Assembly: GCA_963705375.1 (NCBI GenBank)
Contig: OY970071.1
Location: forward strand, 510,001-542,000
DNA: 32,000 nt
DNA from: Candidatus Saccharimonadota bacterium
GTDB taxonomy: Archaea; Micrarchaeota; Micrarchaeia; Micrarchaeales; Micrarchaeaceae
Reading direction: 5' to 3'
The translations under genes and the position numbers were made by a program. The notes under the pieces were generated by a model. It was not told where the DNA came from. It saw only the letters and a list, made by a program, of their open reading frames with translations, and made no database searches. Shown here piece after piece: positions 14,231 to 22,790 of the stretch (positions within the stretch are counted from its first letter, which is position 1; the number at the start of each line of letters is the position of its first letter).

Positions 14231-15610
14231 ATGCAATTCGACAATAAGGACTTCCAAACCAATAACATTCAACCGCATTCGCTACTAAGGACAGGATCCG
14301 CATCAGATCTGAGCACTATTATTTCAGAAAAAATATGCTTTGAGATGCCTGTAGGTGTAAATTTCGAATCGAGTTCGTGGAAAGGAAGGCGCACGGCCCA
14401 GCAGTGGGATTTACAGAATGAAAAAGCAAAAACCTTGGGTATTCTTGTTGAAAAGGGATGGTTGGCAGCAGAGCCATTGGACGGCGACAGCATAGTGTAT
14501 CCTTCCAGGCAAGACGTCTTTAGGGGCGTGAATATCACAGTGCCTGGAACAGAAAATCCTGTCAAACAGTATCTTCTTGCGCGCACAATAGGCAAACCAA
14601 AGGCTGCTGCATATGAAAATAACGAAGGGGAAATCCCGCTAGTTACAGGATTGTGCCTATTCAGTAAATGCATGGCCTCCGCAATTACTGAGGATGATGA
14701 GACAGAATCCCTGGTGCTTTCATCTTCGCCAATAACAAAAAGAGTATCGCACATTGAAGTTAATAAGAATCCGTCCCTTTACGAGCTAGTAAGCGTTGCC
14801 CAGTTAGCATCTCTTATACTTGATATTGCAGACAACAACAAGGTCTCTGTGCACTTCAGCATACCTCGTGTTGAATACTACTTCTACATTTTGGATGCAG
14901 TGAAAGACGGCTACATGAGTAAGGAACAGGCTTCAGAGTGGTTCAAGTGCGTGGATGAGAGGCATGCCACTGTTGAGAGCATGCTTGTGAATACCATATG
15001 CAAAGTGAATAGCGAGGTAAACTTTGTTCACTGGGATCCTCTTGCGAAGTTGGGTGATTACATAGCCAATAGTGTCGAGGAGTGCAAGCAACCAGACATA
15101 GATGAGGCATTAGATATACTTGCCGATGGCGACAACGACAGCATATGGCGCTCCGCTGCAGTGAAAGAGACGATTATGGCGGGCAAATCTCCATGGATTG
15201 CGCTTGCCGACGTAAGCTGGACGATCCCATATATGGAGATAGGCACTGGTGACAAATTAGGTCTTGCAGTTGAGACTTATGATGAACAGCGACTATTAAC
15301 CGATGCAGCATCCCTGTCCAAGAAGATTCTAGCTGAGATGAATGTTGAGAAAAAGCTGAAGATGGCAGCAATATACAGCCATCCGTCTGTTGCGACAATC
15401 ACAGATGATGGAGGGAATAATCTGAAGTATAACCCAAGGTTATATCGTTCTGATGTGGATGTTACCGATCCATCCGAGATACGTGAGGTAATAAATAAGC
15501 TGTCTGTGCTTTACGGTGTAGAAGTAGTCCTGGATGGCCCTTCACAATCAGAAACAGTCTTGAAGGATCCTTCAGCCTACCAGGCGCTGTTGAGGAAAGG
15601 AGAAGACTAG
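14231..15610 (+). CDS. hypothetical protein, 459 aa, orphan; first gene of a two-gene unit with DUF917
   Basis: This is a long ORF in the lower-GC island. Its stop (TAG, 15608-15610) is 1 nt before the ATG of the next gene. I could assign no motif, and it has no TM segment or signal peptide. Confidence 0.7.
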   Translation: MQFDNKDFQTNNIQPHSLLRTGSASDLSTIISEKICFEMPVGVNFESSSWKGRRTAQQWDLQNEKAKTLGILVEKGWLAAEPLDGDSIVYPSRQDVFRGVNITVPGTENPVKQYLLARTIGKPKAAAYENNEGEIPLVTGLCLFSKCMASAITEDDETESLVLSSSPITKRVSHIEVNKNPSLYELVSVAQLASLILDIADNNKVSVHFSIPRVEYYFYILDAVKDGYMSKEQASEWFKCVDERHATVESMLVNTICKVNSEVNFVHWDPLAKLGDYIANSVEECKQPDIDEALDILADGDNDSIWRSAAVKETIMAGKSPWIALADVSWTIPYMEIGTGDKLGLAVETYDEQRLLTDAASLSKKILAEMNVEKKLKMAAIYSHPSVATITDDGGNNLKYNPRLYRSDVDVTDPSEIREVINKLSVLYGVEVVLDGPSQSETVLKDPSAYQALLRKGED

Positions 15611-15611
15611 C

Positions 15612-16649
15612 ATGAAAATCCGTTTGACAAACGACATTCTGGCAGATATGATAGTTGGCTCTTCAATATATTCCACGGGCGGCGGCACTGAGTTATCTTT
15701 GCAACGAAAGCTGCTGCAGGGGTTGAAAGGCAACGCCAAGCCAAAGCTTATTTCGATAGACGAGCTGAAGGATAGTGATTATATCTGTACGGCATATAGT
15801 GTCGGAGCAACTGCAAACACAGGCACAGATATTACGCTCGTGCTAAGGAGCGCGATGGAAGAGATAGAGTCGCTCGTAAATAAAAAAATGTCAGCAATAT
15901 TTGCAGGCGAAACCAACATAGACGCACGAGTGTTTTTATTGGCAAGCAGTATGCGACTTCCGGTAGTGGATGGTGATGCTACTGGAGGGAGGGCAGTGCC
16001 CCTGATCCAAATCGATAACTTCAATGTGCTCGGAAAAAAATCCCTTCCACTGTGTGCCGTAAACTCGGATAATGAGAGAATTATTCTGAAGGATGGCAAC
16101 TTCGACGATGCAGAAAATGAGGTAACGAAGCTTGCAGCCAAATCAAAGGGCTCAGTAGGCGTAGTAGATCATTCTGTAAGCGTAGCAGATGCGAAGAAAG
16201 CGTTGACTCTTGGTATCTTCAAGCGTTCATTGGAAACTGGAAAGTTCATAAGAGAAAATCGGAAGAAGCTAGAAAAAGATGTATCGCCTTTAGTAACGCG
16301 CATAAAAGGAAGAGTTGTCATAGAAGGCACTGTGTCTGACGTTTCATTAAGCAGATCTGCGCGATTTCTGGAAGGACACTACACAATCCAGGGCAATAAT
16401 GGCAAACAACTCAAGGTCTATGTCCAGAATGAGAATATTGCGTGCTGGTTGGATGGTAGGATGGTCATAGCACCGCCGGATTCTATAATAACAATAGACT
16501 TGAACGAACTGATAGGGGTGCACAACAGCAAAATCTATAAAGGGGAGAAAGTGTGCGTTGTGGGCAAAAGGGCCTCTAAACTCTGGAGGACCGCTACGGG
16601 CATTAAAGTGTTCGGCCCAAAAACATTCAAATTGAAAAGTTCACTCTGA
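15612..16649 (+). CDS. DUF917 family protein
   Basis: DUF917 hallmarks are present: STGGG near the N-terminus, LPVVDGDATGGRAVP (compare PVVDxDxxGRAFP), and C-terminal YVQNENIACWLDGRMVIAPPDSI...VCVVGKRASKLWRTATGIKVFGPKTF. Confidence 0.8.
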   Translation: MKIRLTNDILADMIVGSSIYSTGGGTELSLQRKLLQGLKGNAKPKLISIDELKDSDYICTAYSVGATANTGTDITLVLRSAMEEIESLVNKKMSAIFAGETNIDARVFLLASSMRLPVVDGDATGGRAVPLIQIDNFNVLGKKSLPLCAVNSDNERIILKDGNFDDAENEVTKLAAKSKGSVGVVDHSVSVADAKKALTLGIFKRSLETGKFIRENRKKLEKDVSPLVTRIKGRVVIEGTVSDVSLSRSARFLEGHYTIQGNNGKQLKVYVQNENIACWLDGRMVIAPPDSIITIDLNELIGVHNSKIYKGEKVCVVGKRASKLWRTATGIKVFGPKTFKLKSSL

Positions 16650-16746
16650 ACACCGGTTGGCGATAAGACCTGACTCATGTGAGCGTAAACGTAACTTAAA
16701 GTACTGTAGGTCTGAGGAATACGTGAGCCAGAAGCAGCTAGACGAA

Positions 16747-17604
16747 TCATACGAAAGACCGCAGTTTTTTTGCCACTGCGTTTTCCTGGCGACCTATGTC
16801 CTCCCTGACCTTTTTCGTAACGACAGATATGCCCTTCTCTACCTTGTCCCACACCTGCACAAGTTCGTCCAACATCTTGCCGTTCTCCACGAGCTTTGCG
16901 ATCGCGGCTTCTTCCTTTTCGCTTTTTAGCATATTGCGGTTTATCGCGGAGAGCTTTTTGATCCTCTTTCCATAGCTCTTGAAGTTGCCAAAAGTCGCAC
17001 GCTCGACTTTATCGAATCTCCAGTTCCAGTTGCACACGTCCTCTATTGCTGATGCAAGCACATCCCGCCGCAACGGCACAGAGGTTATGTCTTTGAATTC
17101 ATCGAAATCCTTTGCGCGCGCATCGGAGTATATCCTAAACAGCTCTCGGGATATGCACTTGGCAGCGTCAGCTCCGATATAGCTCTCACCCTTGAATGAG
17201 CTGCGGTCATACTCTTCTCTGAGCTTGCTGTCCCTCAGCACAGCATACGCCTCGTTTATCTTTTTTGTCCGTTCTTCAGCGCCAGCTTCCTTGCTAACGT
17301 CAGGATGATACTTCTTGACGAGCCCGTGGTATGCCTCTTTTATAGCAGAGATGTCTGCATTGTACTTTATGCCTAGAATCGCGTAGTAGTTGCCGGTCTT
17401 GGGCCTTCGTAGCTCTATTCCGAACCTTTTCGCTTCCGCTTCGAGCTTGCTCTCTGATTCCTTGCTGCTGGCCAACAGTTTTTCCAAGTTTCTCCTGCGC
17501 CTGGAAGCGTTGAATTCCCTGAATGCGCCAGCAATATCCCCGAATATCTTTGCGGAAGGCATGCGATCATATGGTTTGTGTATGCATCTGCCAACACCGT
17601 GCAT
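16747..17604 (-). CDS. J-domain-containing protein (DnaJ-like, no zinc-finger or C-terminal DnaJ domains)
   Basis: The central J-domain is NYYAILGIKYNADISAIKEAYHGLVKKYHPDVSKEAGAEERTKKINEAYAVLRDSKLREEYDR, with the HPD motif. The flanking regions are unassignable. A TATA-like TGATATATAC lies about 35 nt upstream of the ATG at 17604. Confidence 0.8.
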   Translation of the reverse strand: MHGVGRCIHKPYDRMPSAKIFGDIAGAFREFNASRRRRNLEKLLASSKESESKLEAEAKRFGIELRRPKTGNYYAILGIKYNADISAIKEAYHGLVKKYHPDVSKEAGAEERTKKINEAYAVLRDSKLREEYDRSSFKGESYIGADAAKCISRELFRIYSDARAKDFDEFKDITSVPLRRDVLASAIEDVCNWNWRFDKVERATFGNFKSYGKRIKKLSAINRNMLKSEKEEAAIAKLVENGKMLDELVQVWDKVEKGISVVTKKVREDIGRQENAVAKKLRSFV

Positions 17605-17689
17605 TATACACTATTCGGCCGGAAAGCCAAAGCAGCAAGTATATATCAGAAAGGGCTTTAATATCTGCACGTGAAGGTAAAATGATGCC

Positions 17690-18769
17690 ATGGATGAAAA
17701 TGAACGCATGATAAACTACCTAAAAGAAAGAGTAGTCCTTGTAAACAAGAAGCTAGAGGAATCGGTGAGAGTGAAGTCTTCTGACAAGTACATATCGAAC
17801 CTGCTTGGAAAAAGCGGGTACGTTTACCATCACAAGGCGATAGATAAGGGCATACTCGATCCTGCAAACTACTTGCTCGGAATGGGAGGGAAAAGAGTGC
17901 GCGCAGTCCTGATGCTGTCAGTTATAGAGGCGTTCGGCAAGAACCCCAACGACTATGTCGAATTCGCCCTAGTTCCTGAAGTCATACATAATGGAACGCT
18001 GATTCACGATGACATAGAGGACAGTAGCAACATGAGAAGGGGCAGCGAGGCAGTTCACATCAAATATGGTTTGGACATCGGTGTTAATCTGGGAGATTTC
18101 CTATTCTTCTTCCCGATGGTTGCGCTGATAGACAGCAAGAAGCTTTCAATCAAGACCAAGAACAGGGCAGTTTCGATGTATGTCAAAGAGATGCTGAAGC
18201 TCGCATTAGGTCAGGCAATCGACCTGGCGTGGCACAACCAGAGTGTTGAGCTAGAAAGCATAACAGAAAAGCAGTATCTTCAGACCGCGGCAAACAAGAC
18301 AGGCTGCACATTCAGCATGGCTGCTCAGCTTGGGGGCATTGTTGCTGGCGCAGACGACAGAACCGTGAGGGCGCTGGACAGGTTTGGAAAGGCTCTTGGC
18401 ATAGCGTTCCAGCTCCAAGACGATGCGTTGAATATATCGGAGAGCATCCTTGCAGAAAACAAGGGAGGGATAGGAGACGACATAAAGGAAGGCAAGATCA
18501 CTCTCATGGTCGTACACACGCTGAAAGTTGCAAGTGAAAAAGACAAAAAACGGCTTATAGAAATATTAAGAATGCACACTAGCGACAGAAAGGTCATAGA
18601 AGAGTGTGTGGCCATATTAAAGAAATATGGTGCGGGAGAGTATGCCAAAAAACAGGCAGATGGATTGGCAAGAGAGGCATGGCTCTCTGTAAAAGGAGTA
18701 CTGCCAAAGTCAGAAGCCACGAATTGGATAGAATGGCTCACTAAGTATGCAGTATCTAGAAATGTGTAA
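17690..18769 (+). CDS. idsA: polyprenyl (geranylgeranyl) diphosphate synthase
   Basis: The first Asp-rich motif is LIHDDIEDSSNMRRG and the second is FQLQDDALNI. The length is typical of trans-prenyltransferases. Confidence 0.88.
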   Translation: MDENERMINYLKERVVLVNKKLEESVRVKSSDKYISNLLGKSGYVYHHKAIDKGILDPANYLLGMGGKRVRAVLMLSVIEAFGKNPNDYVEFALVPEVIHNGTLIHDDIEDSSNMRRGSEAVHIKYGLDIGVNLGDFLFFFPMVALIDSKKLSIKTKNRAVSMYVKEMLKLALGQAIDLAWHNQSVELESITEKQYLQTAANKTGCTFSMAAQLGGIVAGADDRTVRALDRFGKALGIAFQLQDDALNISESILAENKGGIGDDIKEGKITLMVVHTLKVASEKDKKRLIEILRMHTSDRKVIEECVAILKKYGAGEYAKKQADGLAREAWLSVKGVLPKSEATNWIEWLTKYAVSRNV

Positions 18770-18795
18770 CATACACCATGGTTTGATATATCCGA

Positions 18796-19791
18796 GTGAC
18801 TCGAATGCCGCTTCGTGTTATAGAGCTTAGGCAGCTACTCCAGATACTTGCCATGTTCACGATCGTCCAGTTTTTCGGCCTGCTTCTTGCGACACAGCTG
18901 TTCACAGGCGTAGCGTACCAGCAGGTGCAGAGCGTACAGGTGATATCGACATATTCTGACAATCTGATATTCTATGTCGCGTACATCGTGGTGGTTTCGC
19001 TCATAATGCTGCTAGTTTTTAAGGTTTATCGCGGCAAGCGCCTGTTCACGGTGTTTGAAGCAGTTGTTGTGTTCATACCTGCATTTTATGTGTTCCTTAT
19101 AGGCATAGCGTCGATATTCGGCGATGCGTATGGTACGCTGTTCTATGGCACGAATGCGACTGCGTATGTGATTGCGCTTGCGCTCGCCGCGCTCCTGGTG
19201 ATAGCAAAGAACAAGATCCCTAGCCTCAGGAACGTGACTGCGCTGATAGCGAGTGTTGGCGTAGGGTTGATACTTGGCATAACGTTTGGCTTCTTTGCGG
19301 CATACGTGTTCATGGTGCTGCTGGCAGTGTACGATTTCGTTGCGGTGTTCATCACCAAGCACATGGTCGCGCTTGCGAACGTTGCCATGGAAAACAACTT
19401 ATCGCTTATGATCATGGTGAACGAAGCGAAGGCCGTTCCGGCGAGCAGCCTCAACAAGAGAGAGCTGGCAGAGTACAGGAAAGAAAAGCCTGTTTTGGAG
19501 AAACACGCAGGCATAATGAAAGAGCTTGCTGAGAAAGACATGGTGCCGGTCGCTGCGCGCTCCGCACTCGGGACAGGAGATCTGGCAGTCCCGTTGATGC
19601 TGGCTGTAGCCGCATACAAGATAAATCTCAGTTTCACGCCAAGCCTTGTGGTCGTTATGGGCAGCATGCTAGGCATTACACTCAACATGCTGGTACTGCG
19701 CCGCTACAAGAGGGCACTACCGGCCATTCCGCTACTGCTCTTGGGAATAAGCATCGCTCTTGGAATCTATTTTGCAGCCATGAGACTCTGA
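18796..19791 (+). CDS. presenilin/signal-peptide-peptidase-like intramembrane aspartyl protease (A22 family)
   Basis: It is a polytopic membrane protein with the YD motif (AVYDFVAVF), the GxGD motif (LGTGDLAVP) and a PAL-like motif (ALPAIP). The ORF-track start is a GTG; an in-frame ATG at 18805 is an alternative start. Confidence 0.85.
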   Translation: MTRMPLRVIELRQLLQILAMFTIVQFFGLLLATQLFTGVAYQQVQSVQVISTYSDNLIFYVAYIVVVSLIMLLVFKVYRGKRLFTVFEAVVVFIPAFYVFLIGIASIFGDAYGTLFYGTNATAYVIALALAALLVIAKNKIPSLRNVTALIASVGVGLILGITFGFFAAYVFMVLLAVYDFVAVFITKHMVALANVAMENNLSLMIMVNEAKAVPASSLNKRELAEYRKEKPVLEKHAGIMKELAEKDMVPVAARSALGTGDLAVPLMLAVAAYKINLSFTPSLVVVMGSMLGITLNMLVLRRYKRALPAIPLLLLGISIALGIYFAAMRL

Positions 19792-20039
19792 GAAGCTGGC
19801 AAGCGGCGAACTTTGGTCAATAACTATCAAGCACTAGGTTGTGGATAGGAAGTGTGTAAATAAGATACGACGTTCTACACCTTATTCTGAAAATGAACTG
19901 TAACATGCGTAGAAAAGGGCGGTGCAGTAGTTCAGGCGTGCTGTGTAAATGCGATAGAAAAGATAACATACCGAACTAGGGAGCGCACTCGATGCAGCCC
20001 ATCAGGTTTCTAGACACTGCCAAGGCACCTAGGCAGATC

Positions 20040-20618
20040 CTAGCCAGATTGTGCTTCTGGCATTTGTGCCTCGGGCATAAGTGAGGCGAGTTTTACTATC
20101 TTTGAAGCTATATCTGTCTCTGGAAGTTTTTCTATCTCTGACTCTCTATATGTTATCGTAAGTTGATTTCTCGCACGTAGGTATAGTGCGGATGCTTTTG
20201 TGAGCTCTGTTGTTGCATTAGTCACCGCATGGACCTTATTAGGATCAAAAAGATTGAGAATCGCCAGTGCAAAATGCGCTTCCGCTGCCTGCTTGCACAT
20301 TGTGACATAATTCTGTGGGGAGCGAGGAGCTGCTTCCGCGCAAAGAGCCGCAAACCGCTCGTATGCCAAAAACGTTGGAGACATCCTTGATTTATCTTTT
20401 AAATCTAACAACTCGTAGAGCCGTACTTTATGCTCTTCCATATAGACTGCTTTAGCGTATGTTGGTGCTGCTATCCGCGCGCGTTCTACGGGCGCCCGTC
20501 CTCTGGCAGCATCAGCCTCCTGCTTGTAGTCTTGTGCCCAGTCCGACACAACTCTGTGTATAGTAGTAGTCCATTCATCCGTCCGCCCTTCCGTAGTTCT
20601 TGACGCAGGCCTATGCAT
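20040..20618 (-). CDS. hypothetical protein, 192 aa
   Basis: The ATG lies 29 nt downstream of CTAGAAAGTAATATATATT (leaderless-type spacing). The protein looks helical and ends in the tandem repeat MPEAQMPEAQ. I recognise no family. Confidence 0.55.
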   Translation of the reverse strand: MHRPASRTTEGRTDEWTTTIHRVVSDWAQDYKQEADAARGRAPVERARIAAPTYAKAVYMEEHKVRLYELLDLKDKSRMSPTFLAYERFAALCAEAAPRSPQNYVTMCKQAAEAHFALAILNLFDPNKVHAVTNATTELTKASALYLRARNQLTITYRESEIEKLPETDIASKIVKLASLMPEAQMPEAQSG

Positions 20619-20657
20619 ATAATCACATCGATATTTGCATCGTACATAATATATATT

Positions 20658-20673
20658 ACTTTCTAGAATGAGA
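20658..20673 (-). promoter_or_regulatory. putative BRE/TATA promoter of the 20040-20618 gene
   Basis: The minus strand reads CTAGAAAGTAATATATATT. The 12-mer CTAGAAAGTAAT is identical to the one at 709-720. Confidence 0.45.
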
Positions 20674-20743
20674 CGCGGGAATAGAGTAAACCATACCTCG
20701 TCCCGAACAAGTTGTAAGGCCCGTCGGTAAGATTTTTATACGT

Positions 20744-22597
20744 ATGCGGGTCAATATGCTTGATTCAATGCGTCACTGCTTTTTAGTCATTCCAATATTA
20801 GCATTTCTGCTAATTAATCTTGTAGGGTCAACAACAGTAGGAGTTGCAACGATACGCGCGCCCGCAGTGATAGTCGGCAACAACACTGGCGCGCTGACCA
20901 GGATAAACCTGACAGTGACATACGGCAGTGGCAAGGTCGACGTGATCGGACCTGCAGAGATCGGAAACTCAACGTCACAATCGGCACAGGCTGCTGCGCA
21001 CTATGCGGCAAGCTATCTCAACGTCAGCTTCCAAAACTATAATTTTACCTACAACATAACAGATGCAGGAGCCAATGTTTCCGGACCTAGCGCAGGTGCG
21101 GCGATGACATTGCTCGCGATATCGGCGCTATCGCACAAACAGCTTAGACCAGACTTCACGATCACAGGAACAATATCAAGCACAGGATACGTAGGTGTTG
21201 TCGGAGGAGTGTACAATAAGGTGGGCGCAGCGTCGGGCGACGGCATGTCTCTGATGCTCGTACCTAGCGTAGGGGCAGGCAGTGAAGAGGACATGCTGTA
21301 CCTGCTCGCGCAGGCAAACTTCAACATACCCCTTGTGCAAGTCTCAAACATAAGCGGCGCGTCGCTCTACGCGTTCAACAAGAACATAAGCGGCACAACA
21401 AACGAAACGAAGTACAACTTCTATACAAACTATAACACGAATGAATTGCATGATGCTACGCTTGCCTGCAGAGACTGCAACGCTTCCGCATTCAGGCACC
21501 TCGCAAGCTCTACGTTAAACTACACAGCCCAACAGATAAGGGTTCTGAACTCCGATCCGAATTTCAAAGGAGTCGCCGCGCAGCTAAGCAGCGTCCTCAA
21601 CGAAAGCAAGTGGGCGATTCAGCACAATTACCTTTACGTTGGATCAAACATCGCATTCCTAGATTATATAGATGCGTTTTATTTCAGCAACCATGACGCA
21701 AACATCAGCAGAGGTTTGCAGGTGTTGCTGAGCGCACGCAAATACTGCAATGAGCTGGTTCCGCCAACAATGACAAACGGCAATTATGAATACGTACTTG
21801 GGGCCGAACTCAGGCAATTGTGGGCAAATTACACAATAAACACAACGATAGCAGCGTACAACATCACCAACATGGATAGCGATGATATGCTCAGCAGCAT
21901 ATACAGCGCAGGACAGGCCAATGGATGGTGCAAGGCAGCAGGCACGGTATACGCTACGCAGCAACCAGGCAGCTCGGACGTGCAGGTGCAGCCTTCGCGA
22001 TTGCTGAACGCGGTTGCGCTGGAAAAGATAAGCAGAGCGCAGGGATACGGCCCCAGCATGTACCTAAATACGGCACAGCTCGCATACAAGCAAGGCAACT
22101 ATCCAGTGGCGATATTGGACGCAGACTACGCCTACGCGCTGCTAGGCGTTTCTTCCAACACGGACAACATGACAAGCAATCAAATCGCCAGCGCGGCCAG
22201 CGCTTTGCTCGCAGGAAACGCAACATACGGGGTGTGGGCCACCGAATTCTCGAAAGAAACACTATTCTACATCAACGAGTCAAAATTAGCATCGAATTCT
22301 ACGCAGACGCGCGCGTACGCCCTGCAGGCATACTCTGCGGCATCGCTCGCCCAAAACATAGGTACAGACATGCTGCTAATATACCAGAGCCTTGCACCTT
22401 CAAGCGGGAGCATGCAAAACCTCAGCACAGTGACTGCAGAGGTCACCAGGCTGAGCAACATGATATTTATATTGCTTGCCGTACTTATACTAATAGCAGT
22501 TCTGGTTTCAGTGAACATAGTGCTGCTTGCGCTATCCTTGAAGGGGCAGCGCAGCATGGCGCGCCGGAACAGAAGTCAAAGACGGTCGCGCAGATAA
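20744..22597 (+). CDS. secreted, membrane-anchored S16 (Lon C-terminal-like) serine protease with a large sequon-rich extracellular domain
   Basis: - It has an N-terminal signal/TM segment.
- The Lon-type catalytic Ser motif is NVSGPSAGAAMTLLAISAL, and a downstream VGGVYNKVGAA supplies the candidate Lys.
- It ends in a C-terminal TM helix plus a basic tail (RRNRSQRRSRR).
- The TATA box TTTTTATA at 20734-20741 abuts the first ATG, so the true start may be the in-frame ATG at 20756 or 20768. Confidence 0.8.
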   Translation: MRVNMLDSMRHCFLVIPILAFLLINLVGSTTVGVATIRAPAVIVGNNTGALTRINLTVTYGSGKVDVIGPAEIGNSTSQSAQAAAHYAASYLNVSFQNYNFTYNITDAGANVSGPSAGAAMTLLAISALSHKQLRPDFTITGTISSTGYVGVVGGVYNKVGAASGDGMSLMLVPSVGAGSEEDMLYLLAQANFNIPLVQVSNISGASLYAFNKNISGTTNETKYNFYTNYNTNELHDATLACRDCNASAFRHLASSTLNYTAQQIRVLNSDPNFKGVAAQLSSVLNESKWAIQHNYLYVGSNIAFLDYIDAFYFSNHDANISRGLQVLLSARKYCNELVPPTMTNGNYEYVLGAELRQLWANYTINTTIAAYNITNMDSDDMLSSIYSAGQANGWCKAAGTVYATQQPGSSDVQVQPSRLLNAVALEKISRAQGYGPSMYLNTAQLAYKQGNYPVAILDADYAYALLGVSSNTDNMTSNQIASAASALLAGNATYGVWATEFSKETLFYINESKLASNSTQTRAYALQAYSAASLAQNIGTDMLLIYQSLAPSSGSMQNLSTVTAEVTRLSNMIFILLAVLILIAVLVSVNIVLLALSLKGQRSMARRNRSQRRSRR

Positions 22598-22622
22598 CCA
22601 ATGCGATTAACTCAGTGATACA

Positions 22623-22790
22623 ATGGGAATATTATCAGGAAAGGTATGCATCTCGTGCGGTCGGCTCTCAAGCGAGTACACCGAATTCAAGTGCCCACAA
22701 TGCGGAGAAGGGGACATAATACGTGATGTGCACTGCAGGGAGATATCCAACATATACAAATGCACCAAGTGCGGCTTCGAGGGACCCTGA
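22623..22790 (+). CDS. small zinc-ribbon protein (55 aa; COG2888-like)
   Basis: This gene is absent from the ORF track. My translation is MGILSGKVCISCGRLSSEYTEFKCPQCGEGDIIRDVHCREISNIYKCTKCGFEGP, with four CxxC pairs. Its TGA overlaps the ATG of aEF-1beta, which is a conserved archaeal gene pair. Confidence 0.8.
   Translation: MGILSGKVCISCGRLSSEYTEFKCPQCGEGDIIRDVHCREISNIYKCTKCGFEGP

Noticed and set aside
16646-16655. TGAACACCGG, a 9-10 nt match to the reverse complement of the att-arm sequence (CGGTGTTCA), at the right edge of the low-GC island. I considered it as a possible distal att site.
   Set aside because: It is too short: a 9-mer is expected by chance with appreciable probability in 64 kb of two-strand sequence. 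It is in inverted orientation and does not include the tRNA-derived core.
21925-22719. A 264-aa plus-strand ORF in an alternative frame of the S16 protease gene, extending over the zinc-ribbon gene start.
   Set aside because: It is an Arg/Ala/Gly/His-rich off-frame product. The protease frame carries the Lon catalytic motif and a TM anchor, and the downstream part is explained by the zinc-ribbon gene.
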